NCBI RefSeq assembly: GCF_009914755.1
Contig: NC_060932.1
Length of the DNA: 64,000 nt
Reading direction: 5' to 3' (one strand)
Source of the DNA: the human T2T-CHM13v2.0 reference genome, Homo sapiens
Positions 16,766-29,495 of this stretch are shown here, piece by piece. The translations under genes were made by a program, and so were the position numbers. The number at the start of each line of letters is the position of its first letter. Position 1 is the first letter of the stretch. Under the pieces are notes generated by a model that was given only the letters and a program-made list of their open reading frames with translations, did not search any database and was not told the origin of the DNA.

Positions 16766-18596
16766 ACTCAAATCTTAGAAAGGTAGGACCAACAAGAACT
16801 CACACAGTCCCAATGCATCCTTTTGAAGAATGTAATTTCTTGGGATGTTATGAAACTTGCTCAAGTTTTCATATGAAGTTAGTGAGAAGAAGTAAGACTA
16901 GAATTTTCAAATTATTTCCAATTTTCACCCTGCCCATTTCCTGAATCCTTTGAGGACTTTTCATTTGTTGTGTTAATTAATCATTTTACATATGTTTATG
17001 AGAAAAGTTGAGCAGATGGGAGATTTCAAAAGCCCATGCCATTTCATGGTCTGCTCTGTGGATTTTGGCGAAGGGAGTTACTGTTATGAAAAAGACTGAT
17101 AAACTGTGACAATACAGTAATAAAACTGGATTTATTTAACACAGAAACTTGCAATCTCTTTACTATATAAGTGCATTTAGTAGGAAGCTGGAAAAGATAA
17201 AAACAGGTAAAGAGAAATATATTTCTATGTTATGTTGAATAGGGTAAAATATTTTAAGTGAATGTACCTTTCATGGAGTGTAGATGAAATTTTGCTTTAA
17301 AAATTAAAAACTTTAAAAGTCAGAGGGAAAAATTTTTACAATGTTTCTTTAAGAATTATCAAATGAACTTTTTTTTTTCTTTTTCAAAAGGTACATAAAC
17401 ACACACTCACATACAACTATTTCCTTCATGGCTGAGTCTTAGAGATTCCAAGTTATTTTTGGTTGCCAGATTTTAACCCAGAGGAAGTTTTATGGCTGAG
17501 TTAAAACCCCCCCAAAAGCAACGGTTACAATGGAAATGCTGACAGAGTCCATGCCATGGCAACGTTTGTGAGTCTAGTTTTATTAAAACAATAAACAACT
17601 TTTGTTCAAAGTCAAGTGGATGTAAAAAACAAAAAAGCAAAAGAAAAAGGCCCCTTCCTGCATTCAATACCTAATCTCTCTGTTATTTTTTTTGCCTGTG
17701 TTTTGATCCTGAGCTTGCTGGGTCTCATATGCAATTTACTGGTTTGAAATCAACCTTGCACACCAGCTTCTTATAAAAAAGACAATGAAACATAAGGAGA
17801 GGGAGATCATGGCTGCATTGGCTAAAGTGGATACTAAGTGTCTACTCATTTAGGGCATTGGGTATACTTATAACTGATAAACGAATCTGTGTTTTACATT
17901 TCCTAATTGTCTTTGTATGCACTTTTGTGCCAGATTATTATCTAACAAATTATACTTGTTTCCTCTTTTGTTGCCAAGTAACACATCAAGGTCTAAATAA
18001 TACCTCAGGTTTTACACACTGTACATGCTCCAGGGAGACCAGAAGGCTCACCTTGCACAAGGTGGTTAGCAGATGGGTGAAGCTGGTTAATGCTTCTCCC
18101 ATTTAGTATCTACAAAAGGGAGCCTCAGTGACTCTGTGGGGTGTGGGGTCATGGGGAAAATAAGAGTACTTTATTCTTCTTGTCCCTTTTCTCACCAGAA
18201 GTGATTCTGTGCATAGTGTTTGCAAATAACATGAATCTAGTAGAAAAATAAGAACCATCCAAGAAACAGCTAGAATACAAAAAATAAATATCAATGAAGC
18301 CAAACTAAAATATGAAGGAAACCAAATTGAATATGCTGAAGTGCCCCCAAAAAGACATTTTTTAAAAAGCCTTTGCAATTACAGAAGGTTACTGAAAATA
18401 ACAAAAGGAAATAAGATGTTTAAAAAGTAACGGTGAGCTGGAGGCAAAAGGGCAGTGAATTGGTGAGAAATTTTCCACTGCCCAGTGAAGTGCCTGAATC
18501 CAGCAGAACAAATGAGCCCAAATTTGCCGTGCTAATTAAATTATATGGGAGGCTTGGTGGTTACATCTTCCAGCTACCAAGTCCTGTCTGTTTGGA

Positions 18597-18760
18597 CCAA
18601 GAATTCTCAAACCAGACTGAAAATCAGAATCACCTGTGTGCCTGGTCACACCCCAGAACAATTAAATGGAAGTTCCTGGGGTCTTGGGGATGAGATGAAC
18701 ATCAGTACTTTTTAAAGCTCCTAGGTGATTGCAGGGTGCAGCTGAAGCTATGAATCACTG
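18597..18760. mobile_element. MER5B/MER5A-type hAT element
   Basis: ttctcaaac..atcagaatcacctg..aaagctcctaggtgatt..gaatcactg. Confidence 0.7.
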
Positions 18761-20104
18761 ACTTAGAGGGACCCAGCTGCCCTGGAAATATTGGCCTTTC
18801 AGCTGAAGAATAACTACAGATGTTTGTGGCAGACCATTTCCTCAAGGCAGTTTACTGAGCCCCATTGACTGTTCCCAGCAGTCACAATTGGGTTCTGTGG
18901 CTCATAGCCCATTGGTAGAATGTGTACAGCAGATGTTTGAATGACATTAACAAATGGAAGCCTCCAAATCTTTCCTTGTTTAACAAGTAACAGCAGGTCC
19001 TTGTTTAAATAGTGATCATTAGTGATCGACTTTAATCCTTCGATTATAAATCTCCCATTTCTTCTTCTCTTCTATAAACTAGCTGACCTTTGTGTGCACA
19101 TTGTGGATGTGTGGATGGCAGCAAACTGGAATTTGGACTAATTGAGTTGTCAATCAGATTTCTGTGCACTCCATATCACGTAGTTAGTAAGACTGAAATT
19201 ATGGAAGGTGGTTGATTATTCTAGACATCTGAAGGATTGTTCTGACCTCAATCAATTTCTTCACCAGCTGTTCTCAGGGCCAAAATGCTGAAAACAGTGG
19301 ATACCATTTGGGATATGGAAAGGCCAAAGTCAAATCCAACTTGGACTCGGCAAAATAGAAATAGTCCTTTTCCTCATGTACTTTTAAAGTTTAGTCACAT
19401 TTTCACGATTATAAACTGTTACTTTGGGCAAAGGATTGTTTCCAAGAAGCCAATGAATTGCACATATACAAACAGGCTGTGTTTCGGATCCATTTGTAGG
19501 AAACATCTTCTCAGCCCTCTGCCTCTTATAACCCCTGTGGCTCCTTATTAATGCACCTGCAGGAGAGGCACACACTATGTCACTCAGCCCTGGCTGCACC
19601 CTCAGGCAGGTGGTGTGTGGGTGCTTTAGCAGCTCTTTGAAGAATGTGATGCAGAACCATGAGCTAATGAGGAGTGCTAGGCACTATCCACCTGCAACTG
19701 GAGCACAGTATACTGCTCAGCAAATGTCCACATCTAGCAAAGCGGCTGCCCTTTGTCCACACTCCAATTTAGACAGAAGGCAAATGAAAAAGGACACACA
19801 CAAATTTTAGTTTTCATTCTCCTTGGAAACATTTCAAAAAACTAAATAAACAACTGCCTCCTCCTGTCCTCTACCTCCAGGCTCTTTGGGAGCAATCCCT
19901 TAAGCAATTGACGGTTCTTTGGGAGCAGAAATAAAGAGAAAGTGAAAATTCTGGCTTCCTTTTTGAACTACCTTAATCTGTGAGAGAAAAAAAAAAACCC
20001 TAAGTGATATGATAGATGCAACAAGTCTATGTTTATCGTGATTTATTGTTCACAAAGGGCTTTATATAGATGATCTCATATATTCCTTACAACTTCCTTG
20101 TGAA

Positions 20105-20179
20105 GTTTTTGGAAGAGGTATTGCCACCCTTTCTAGTCCCTATTAGACTAGAAAGGGTGGCAATACCTCTTCCAAAAAC
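20105..20179 (+). ncRNA. MIR5681A: miRNA stem-loop mir-5681a (mature ~20150-20171, AGAAAGGGUGGCAAUACCUCUU)
   Basis: Perfect 35-bp inverted repeat with a 7-nt loop is seen directly; the mature sequence matches my recollection of hsa-miR-5681a (not database-checked). Confidence 0.85.
20112..20172 (-). ncRNA. MIR5681B: Antisense miRNA stem-loop mir-5681b (mature AGGUAUUGCCACCCUUUCUAGU, ~20147-20168)
   Basis: The same palindrome read on the minus strand; mature sequence recalled as hsa-miR-5681b; boundaries approximate. Confidence 0.8.
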
Positions 20180-20990
20180 TGAGACTTGTTGATATTAAGT
20201 GAGTTGCCTCAGCAGTCAATGGCACTTTAAAATGTGTTTTACCTATTTTGTAGGATTTTTCACATGTTGTTTTTAACAATGGGAAGGGGATAGCCACTAG
20301 AGATACCAATATACACTATTCTGAGCCAAAGAAGCCAAGTTAAAACATGCCTTCATGGCACTTGAATTCTTTATAAAGTAATTTTTGAAGTTGAATTGAG
20401 ACTTCCTGTTTAGAAGCTTGATTATAAACTCTTGGCTAGTTCTCTGACTTGCACACTTGTGTTCTGCTATTCCCTGGTCCTGAGGCCAGCCTCAGTCCCC
20501 CAGGGTTTTCTATTTATAGACCTCTTTCCTCTTTACAATAAACCACTTATTACTTTGGGTCAACTTTCAACCAAACAAGTCTCATTCATATAGGGGTCCT
20601 AAGTGGCTTCATCCTCTTAAACAAAGGAAAACCAAGATGGAAACAAGACGGGGAGCATTACATTGACTTGTGAGCAGGTAGTGACCAATAACTAGTGGGT
20701 TTTCCCAAAAACACAAAACCAAGCAGATCAAGGTGAAAGGGGTGGGGAAGTGGTGCTGACAGTGGAGGAGAGGGTCTGAAATGATTTTCTTGCTTGTCTC
20801 CAAGCTCTCAAGATTTGCAGGTACAAGAGCTCATCCAGGGACCAAGTGCCATCTGTTCATTAGAGACCATGCACGCACCATGGGCCTTAGGAAGAAGAAA
20901 AGTCCACTGCAAAGGGATTCTAGAAAAACATAGGTATCGGGTCTTATATGCCATCTGGAAAATGCATAGTTTCCATGACTGTGGAAGTAA

Positions 20991-21347
<357 letters not shown>

Positions 21348-21709
21348 TAAAGTAATTTTTTTTAAAAGTTATTTGTTTTAAAACATTTTGTATTAATTAC
21401 ATTTATCGCCATGCTTCTGGAAAAAGGGTGAAAAAACACTTTGCACATTATCTGGGAAATTATATACAGTGTATTGCTGGAAGTAATGGGCTAAGGATCT
21501 ATAATACAATATTTTTAGTAATTATGATAAAAGGAGAGAATATACACATTATAAGAAACAATACTTTTGGTATCATCTTTATGATAATGGTATTAGAATT
21601 TATTGTGAGTTCTGGGGATTCCTATATCTTTTATTTATTATAGTACTTTGAAGTTTTCTTCTAATTCTCTATACCAACTTCCAATTTAAATAAGAGAGAG
21701 ACAACTAGA

Positions 21710-21840
21710 CACTAGAACTAGGAGAGTTACAATCATTTAGTCAAAACTACAATTTTTATGAGAACTGAGGGTCAGGGAAGTTACATGATTTGCCCAACAT
21801 CACACATCTTGTTAGAGGAAGACCTGGAACTAAAACTGAG
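21710..21840 (-). mobile_element. MIR fragment
   Basis: gagaactgagg..tgatttgcccaacatcacaca. Confidence 0.65.
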
Positions 21841-22169
21841 GAAAAGATGCAGTGGATTCTTTTTCCTTTTTTGTGCATAAATTTCTTGAATCTTTTCAAA
21901 TACGTTGCATGGAAACCACTCAGCAAGCAGGTAAGAAAGGGTGTTTGAAGTACAGGATTCTTTCAGAATGCTACAGCCACTCCAAGTCAGCAATGGCTGC
22001 CTCTGGCTGACCTTTAGGCAACTTTTACAATCCTGGCTGCCACCTCTTTGATTTTTTTGTGCAACTTAGTTGTCAGTTTAGCAGTTTATGAAGTACTAAT
22101 ATTAAATCACTCTTTTTTTTCCAGTAAAAGTAAAACAAAATATAAGGATTTAAGAATTCTATTTACCTA

Positions 22170-22280
22170 TGTGTATCCCCATTATTCTGTAAACTTCATG
22201 AAGTCAGGAAGTGAACTATCTTGTTCACTGTCATATTCCTGGCACTTCTCACATATTAAGGGCTCAATAAATACTGATGT
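22170..22280 (+). mobile_element. L2 3' end
   Basis: ctgtaaacttcatgaag..tcttgttcactg..gctcaataaatact. Confidence 0.65.
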
Positions 22281-22579
22281 CTTTTGCAGATTTTTAACTA
22301 CCTGACATGAAATTACCAGTAAATACTTGGGCATGCATTGAAAATATCTGACTATATGAAATGTTTCTCAGGTCTAGGGTAAATATACTTTTAAAAATCT
22401 CTCTAAAATGGCTAGCTAGTAAAAGCATTTTTATTTCTACATTTGTGTTTAAAATTTGAGAGTGACTTTTCTAGTAATGAGAAAAATGTTCACTTGTAGG
22501 CATGGTTTCATGTAGGACAGAGTTGTGTTTTTACAATTATTCAGTGACGACTCATTGATTTTGTTTTACAAGGTGGATT

Positions 22580-22770
22580 TTGCTTGCAACTTCATTTGAT
22601 TTTAATAAAATTCCTATGAAATAGGTGAGATGGGTATTATCATCCCCTTTAGTTTATGTAATGGAAGGTTCAGTGACTAACTTAGACCATTTCCCACCAA
22701 AGAGGATTGAAAAAAATCCTGTCACTGGGGCTAAGGACACAGACCTTCTAACTCTAAATCCCATATACTT
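22580..22770 (-). mobile_element. MIR fragment
   Basis: cctatgaaataggt..ggtattatcatcccctttt. Confidence 0.55.
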
Positions 22771-23159
22771 CCCCAAACTCCATGCTTTCTTTCCAGATAG
22801 AAACTATGGCCTTGGTAAATTACTCATTATACCTTGCTGCTTTTTAAATGTATTAAAGATCACGGTCCTGCCCCTGTTCCACTGGAGGACTGTAGAGGTT
22901 ACTCAATAGAGAAGGTCAAGTTGCTGGTAGCTTCATGGAACCTTCCCCCTTTGCTGTGAGGTCTCCTCCTTTAATACAAAATTTGGTGGCCTCTGTTATA
23001 TGCCTCAGTATCAAATCTGCTTATGCAAAATTTCATATTCCTAAAAATCTCCAGATAGCAACAAGCTATATACATTGGTCTTGTAAAAAATTTATTGTAA
23101 CCAAATGCTGGCAATAGAATTTGGACAGTTCTTCTGAATTTATGACAATACAATTTCAA

Positions 23160-23580
23160 ATCAATTCAACAAATAATGTTGAGTACTGTCTATGATTAAG
23201 GTAGATCTTGTGTTTACAAACATAAGACACATTCCCTGTCTTTAGGAAATATGCAGTTTCATGGAAGAGACTAACCTGAACAATTAAACGTACAATGTAA
23301 TACATGCTAAATAATCAGGATAACCAAGCTGCTATACTTGGTCAGATCAGGGGTTATTTTACAGGTGACACATTATCTGGGGTTTAAAGATGAATTGGAT
23401 GGAGCGACCATCATTCCAGGTGAAGGAAATGGTGTAAGCAAAGGCATAGAGGCATAATGATGCAAGGCTTTTAGAGAAATGGTAGAAGCTATTGTAGTTA
23501 GGTTATACAATTTTTAGGAGGAAATGATGGGAAATGAACATGGGCAAGCATATTGGACTAAAGTTTGGAGTCCTTGCATA
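23160..23580 (-). mobile_element. L2 fragment
   Basis: attcaacaaata..ttgagtact start; cattccaggtgaaggaaatgg..gcaaaggcatagagg. Confidence 0.65.
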
Positions 23581-23813
23581 TCAGATCCTATTTGTGCTTA
23601 TGGTTCAAATATTCTGGGAAATCTGGTGGACAGATGTAGGTGGTAGGACTTAAGCACCTCAATGATTACAAGCTGAAGTTCAGGGCTGTGGACTATGTGT
23701 GATTCAGAGGCAGCCATGTCATATTAATAATGTAACTTTAGCAGGAGACCAATCTATGATACAAGGACCATAGAGACCCTTACCCGTTTATCTATAATAA
23801 ATATGATTAGACA

Positions 23814-24158
<345 letters not shown>

Positions 24159-24164
24159 CTAATG

Positions 24165-24290
24165 CAGGGTTTATTGACTTGAATATGCATGGAAATCACC
24201 TATGGAGCTTGTTAAATGCAGATTCTGATTCAGTAAGTCTGGTCCCAAGTTAAGCTACTGGTCCATGGATTGTGCTTTGAGTAGCCGGGA
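24165..24290. mobile_element. MER5A1-type hAT fragment
   Basis: aatcacct..gagcttgttaaatgcagattctgattcagtaagtct. Confidence 0.7.
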
Positions 24291-25392
24291 CCTTCTGCAC
24301 TGAATAAAAACCCAGGTTTTTGTGAGTCCTGTGTTCTAGACCTAGTGCTCTTTTGCATTTTGTACATAGGGCAAATTATTTAACTTTGCTGGATATCTTG
24401 GCTGTCAGGCAATTATCATTTTAAGAAGACTGACATTAATACAAAAAGCTTACTTAACCTCAATGATCATGACAATTAACTCTACCAAGATCTTCCAGCA
24501 AATGATTATAAAGTACTAGAGTAAATGTAAGACAAGTGACATGATTTAAAATAAGATATTTTTCTTGGAAGTAAACTTTAAGGCACTGAAACAATGAAAG
24601 AACTTTATTTTTTAAGCTATGTCTTGTGTAGACCAAAAGCTGCATCTGATAAAAGAGTTAGAAAATGGACCCTTTCTGTCTAAGAGATTTAGATTTTGCC
24701 TGGAAAACTAGAGTGTTAATCGTGTCATTACTGGGAAAAGGTGTGGAATGTCTCAATCCCATCACATCACTTTAGTCTCCATAAACACCCCAGATTCTCT
24801 TGTATCCCTAGCCAGCTGGTGTCCTCACATTCCCTGGACACTTCCAATTTATGTTCTCTAAATTAGTTACAGGACAATGGCTGGCTGTACATATTTATAC
24901 TACCATTATACTTTGTTCTCCCACTTTTTGCTCTTTTAAAAGGGAGCACACAATATTCCACTATGGTTTCAATTACTCAGAAAAAATGGGAATTTTGGAA
25001 ATTCAAACACAAATTAGAGTTTTGAATTTGAAAAATATTCCTGGAAAAAAGATTCTCCACTGAAACTCACAAGCACAAAATAATTCTATCTTTAAAAAGT
25101 TTCTTGCCACAGGATATCTGCTGGAGAAGAGAGTTCACTGTTGATTCTAATAGAGTGAAGAATTCATGACCAGACTATTTTGTGCTACTGTTGAGATTAA
25201 TGTCTACTTGTTTACCTATTATTTAAGCTACCTCCTGTTAATAGGTACTCTGAAAAGACAACGAAACCAAAGCAAACCACAAAAAAAACAAAAACCCAAA
25301 ATGAAACAAAAAGTTTTCCAAGTCACTGAGAAGTAGGTTTTTAAAGGAATTTTGAAAAACAAAAGACTGATTATTTCCTGCAAAGAAAAGTC

Positions 25393-25418
25393 TGTGTGTG
25401 TGTGTGTGTGTGCATGTG
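25393..25418. repeat. (TG)n microsatellite
   Basis: About 10 perfect TG units seen directly. Confidence 0.95.
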
Positions 25419-25859
25419 TTTTTTATGTGGCAGAGAAAGATATTAAGGAGGAGATTGTATAATTAAAATAGCAGATATGGGACTACTTGGAGGACGGGCA
25501 ATCATAAATACAAGTTTAGGGCCTGGATTACCTTTTCACAAAATAGAGAAAATAAATATTATTTTTCATTTTTTAATTTCGAGATGTATCCTGTATGTAC
25601 TAGGCACTTTATTATGGATAAGGCTTGGTCAGGAAATAAAACAAGTCCAGGATTTTCAACAACAAAGACTGGAAAGAAATAATCTGTAAGCATAGAACAC
25701 TTATTCCCAACTCCAGTATCTTGATATTTCAGGATGTTGGCAGATTTTGCAAGGGGTTTTAAGATATTTTAAAATAAATTCCTAAAATTGTTCATGGGTG
25801 AGTCACTAAATACTAGTTACATAGGATCAGAACCCCAAACATAAGTTTTTGTGAGAAAA

Positions 25860-26135
25860 AGTAATGTATGGTCAAGTAAGGCCCAGGTCGGAAGTCAGAA
25901 AATGAAGATTAGATTTCAGATTTGCCACTAACAAACTGACTAACTGACCACCTACCCACCTACCTACATACTTAGGTAACCTTGGTTAAGTTATTCAGTT
26001 TCTCTGAGCTTCAATGCCTCATCTTTAATATGGGAGTGACACTACTTGCCCTGCCTTCTTTCAAGGGGTGTTTTAGAGACCATAATAAAACAGAAATGTG
26101 AAAATGCTTTGTGGATGTCAAAGTGCTTTACAAAA
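25860..26135 (+). mobile_element. MIR (MIRc/MIR3-like)
   Basis: gccactaac..accttgg..tctctgagcttca..ctcatct..gtgaaaatgctttgt. Confidence 0.7.
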
Positions 26136-26214
26136 CTGAGGTAAGAGACAGAGTTTGTTATCACCGTGTAATCTAGGGAATATGCAGTAGTTTCTATTTG
26201 CAGAAGTTACTACA

Positions 26215-26325
26215 TTTTTTTTTTTATTTTTTACTTTTAGGTTCAGGGGTACATATGCAGGTTTGTTATATAGGTAAATTGCATCTTATGGGGGATTCCA
26301 TCTGATCTTCAACAAAATCAAAAAA
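26215..26325 (-). mobile_element. Miniature L1PA15/16-type insertion with a short inverted ORF2 piece
   Basis: polyT + ttttaggttcaggggtacat..ggtaaattg (L1 3' end, minus) fused to ccatctgatcttcaacaaa (ORF2, plus); flanked by acatttt on both sides. Confidence 0.7.
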
Positions 26326-26337
26326 ACATTTTGAGAG

Positions 26338-26740
26338 TTATTGCAGGTTGGGCTCCACAAGAGGCAGATTCTGAGATGGAGAGTAACATGCAGGGGGTTT
26401 ATTCAGGATGTTCTTGGGATCAACAGCCATGGAAGGGAAGGGTAGGATTGGGCTGAGGGAGGAGCTGAGCAGGGAGGCAGTCCCACTGGAGGCCTCAGTG
26501 AACACTTTGGGGAGCTCTGAAGCTAGGGTGACTCTTCAGAGTTGTCCAGGGTGGGTGAGAGGCTCTGTGTCAATCAGTCACTGGACATGGGCCTTCCTGG
26601 AAAGAGGGCATGCCCTTGAACAAGGTGGTTATCTTCATCTTCAGCCACATAATCCCTAATGGAGATTGACAATTGACCATCTGCCAGCAGCGTTCCTAAT
26701 AAGGATATAAAGCTCATCACTCCCAAAGGGGATTCTGGGG
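26338..26740 (-). mobile_element. LTR16-family (ERVL) LTR
   Basis: cagattctgagatggag..ggcctcag..ggggagctctgaagctaggg..cttcagagttgtcc. Confidence 0.75.
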
Positions 26741-27294
26741 GTAAAATGCCCTTTAGCTAAAATACTAGAATAGTCAAATGTTCTTTTATTTAAGCTATAT
26801 CACATTAGTGTCTCAGAGTGTTTTGCTAGATTCCTACATAAACAATAAGAGTCATATTAACTTCTTCCTTGTAAATACTGTTAGAATGGTATTTCCTGAG
26901 AAACAATCTTTATAATTCCAGGAAACTATTTTTTGCCCTAAATTCTGTGCTAAAAACATTTATAGAAGCAATATTTTTACATTCCTAGCATTATCATAGT
27001 AAGGATATTTGCTCTGATGATTTAAAAATCTGCAGGACCCCACAGCTGTCTTTCTGAAGAACAGGTGAGCATGCACATTAATTACTCTGTGGTATGTGTC
27101 ATGACAATGTTGTCACTGTCCACAAATGCAGAGCTTCTCACTTGACACTCAGAATATACCCTGACGTGTCAGGGTGTTATTGCTCAGGGCCCATTTTAGA
27201 GGTGATGAATAAGGCTGAGAGCTTAAATAATTGGCATAAGATCACAAAGATGGAAAAATCACAAACCACTGCAAAAACCTCAGTTTTCTGACTT

Positions 27295-27670
27295 TGATGT
27301 GGTTTGCCTGTGTCCCCACCCAAATCTCATTTTGAATTGTAGTTCGCATAATCCCCACAGGTTATGGAAGGGACCCAGTGACAGGTAATTGAAACATGGT
27401 GGCGGTTACCACAGTGCTGTTCTTGTGACAGTGAGTGAATTCTCACAAGATCTTATGGTTTTATAAGGGGCTTTTCCCACTTTGCTTGGCACTTCTCTCT
27501 CTCCTGCTGCCATGTGAAGAAGGACGTGTTTGCTTCCCCTTCTGCCATGATTGTAAGTTCCCTGAGGCCTCCCCAGCCATGTGGAAGTGTCAGTCAATTA
27601 AACCTCTTTCCTTTATAAATTTCCCAGTCTCAGGCAGTTCTTTACAGCAGCATGAGAACAGACTAATGCA
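27295..27670 (+). mobile_element. THE1D solo LTR inserted in a MIR
   Basis: Complete LTR with perfect 5-bp TSD gactt/gactt. Confidence 0.93.
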
Positions 27671-29154
27671 GACTTGAAGTGCAGCAGTACAGTACTGCTC
27701 ACTAGAATCCAGTCTCTCAGAGTACAAGATTGCTCTCCATGTGCATGGACCTCACATTTATGTTCTGAGCATTGCTTTATCCCAGTAAGTCAGTGAGGAT
27801 AGGATAGTTCTCTTTCCCCAAATCATCTACCTTCTGAAATTAAAGTACAGTAATATTTATCCATATGTTCATTCACTTAATATTTTCTGAGTATTTATAA
27901 GGTAACTGACATTGTACTGAGCCCTGGGGGTATAAACATAGACATGCTATGGCCCCTGCTTTTAGGAAGCTTAGCATCTACTAATTCTTGCCTGGCATCT
28001 GCTTAGAGGAGCTTTGGAGATAGAGTGTTCTCCACTGAGTCAGAAAAAAGGGGCTGTGTCATATACTGTTTTCTTTGAAATTTCAGATGTATTTTCATTT
28101 AAAAATTGTGGCTATGCATAGGATATGAATTGTCAAGGTACTATAGGTCTTTTTCCCCTCTGAGTTCACAAACATGGCACCATCTTATCTGCCTCTCATA
28201 CTTGAAAGAAGTAGAGGTTCTTTCAATTGGAAGATTGGAGGGAACGAAGATTTCAACGATGTTCTAATATTTTTCTGAAATCTAAACAGAATCCCCAAAT
28301 AGCTAGGGGCATATCCATTGTAAACCAAAGGAGGAATGTCTTCCACATTATTGTCTTAAGAACATTTCGGCTCTTAAGTTTCAATTTACGATTTAAGAGA
28401 TTTTTCTCACTTTTCTTGCCTAAATCATGACATGGAATAGTTTTACTTTGTAATGATTACATAACTGAAATATAGGAAGACTCTGGAGAGTGCTAAAAAC
28501 CATTAATATTGGCGAATTGAAATACCATCTCTGAATCGTTTAAAAGTGAATTCATTCTCTGCGTCTTTGTTCTGGAATTGTTTTAGAAGCTGCCCCCTAA
28601 AAAAGTAGTACCAATTAGAGCCACCTGTGCCCACTGTCACAGCTAGAGCTGGAAAAGGCCATTGATTTACCTTGACTAACGTAATGATTGGTGAGGAAGT
28701 CAGTCTGTTTCAAAATTGATTGAAATTCTGTTTGCTTTATAGCAACAGAACCTCCACACTGAAATATATTCATTTTCCTACTTGTTGCTGGTTTATATGT
28801 CAGTAATCAGAAGTTGACTCTTCTGCTCAAGGGCTATTAAAATGGCTTTACATGAACTAGGCTAAGTGGCCCTACTCTGATCAAATGGTTTTATATTTGG
28901 CAGAACTGGCTTTAGACTGATAATAAAATGCAAACACATGGGGTAGTGGGTTTATTATTTACTTTATAGTCAAATATATTCAAATATATTATTCTTAAAG
29001 AGAAGTGAAAATGTAAGTCATCCTGTTTTCTTTACTACTCTACCTTTTATTTCTATTGAAAATACTTAGCTTACTTCTAGAAGTCTAAATGAAGTGCACA
29101 GTCAAAAGCATATAGCAGATGACATAAGTATTTTCCAAATATAATTTGTTTATC

Positions 29155-29435
29155 AGAATAAAAAAAGTAGATCTCATAGGGTTAGAGAGTAGAATAGTGG
29201 CTACCAGAGGCTGGGAAGGAAAGAAGGGAGAGAGGGATAAAGAGAAGTTGGTTAATGTGTACAAAAATACAGTTAGATACAAGAAATAAGTTCTAGTATT
29301 TGATAGTACAGTAGGGAAGTTATAGTTAACAATAATTTATTCTATAATTCAAAATAGCTAGAAGAATTGCAATATTCCTGACCTAAAGAAAACATAAATG
29401 TTTAAGGTCATGGATTTGCCAATTACCCTGATTTG
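29155..29435 (+). mobile_element. L1MA 3'UTR fragment
   Basis: gagagtagaatagtggctaccagaggctgggaagg..aataatttatt..caattaccctgatttg. Confidence 0.85.
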
Positions 29436-29439
29436 GCAA

Positions 29440-29441
<2 letters not shown>

Positions 29442-29493
<52 letters not shown>
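29442..29493. repeat. (TATC)13 tetranucleotide STR
   Basis: 52 bp of perfect TATC counted directly. Confidence 0.98.

Positions 29494-29495
<2 letters not shown>

Larger units (their letters stand above)
20030..20225 (-). mobile_element. MIR (MIR3/MIRc-like) hosting the palindrome
   Basis: atctcat..ccttacaac..tgtgaag before the hairpin and aaactgaga..ttaagtgagttgcc after it. Confidence 0.6.

Noticed and set aside
19550-19740. Several E-boxes (CACCTG/CAGGTG)
   Set aside because: Hexamer matches alone are too common to support an enhancer call
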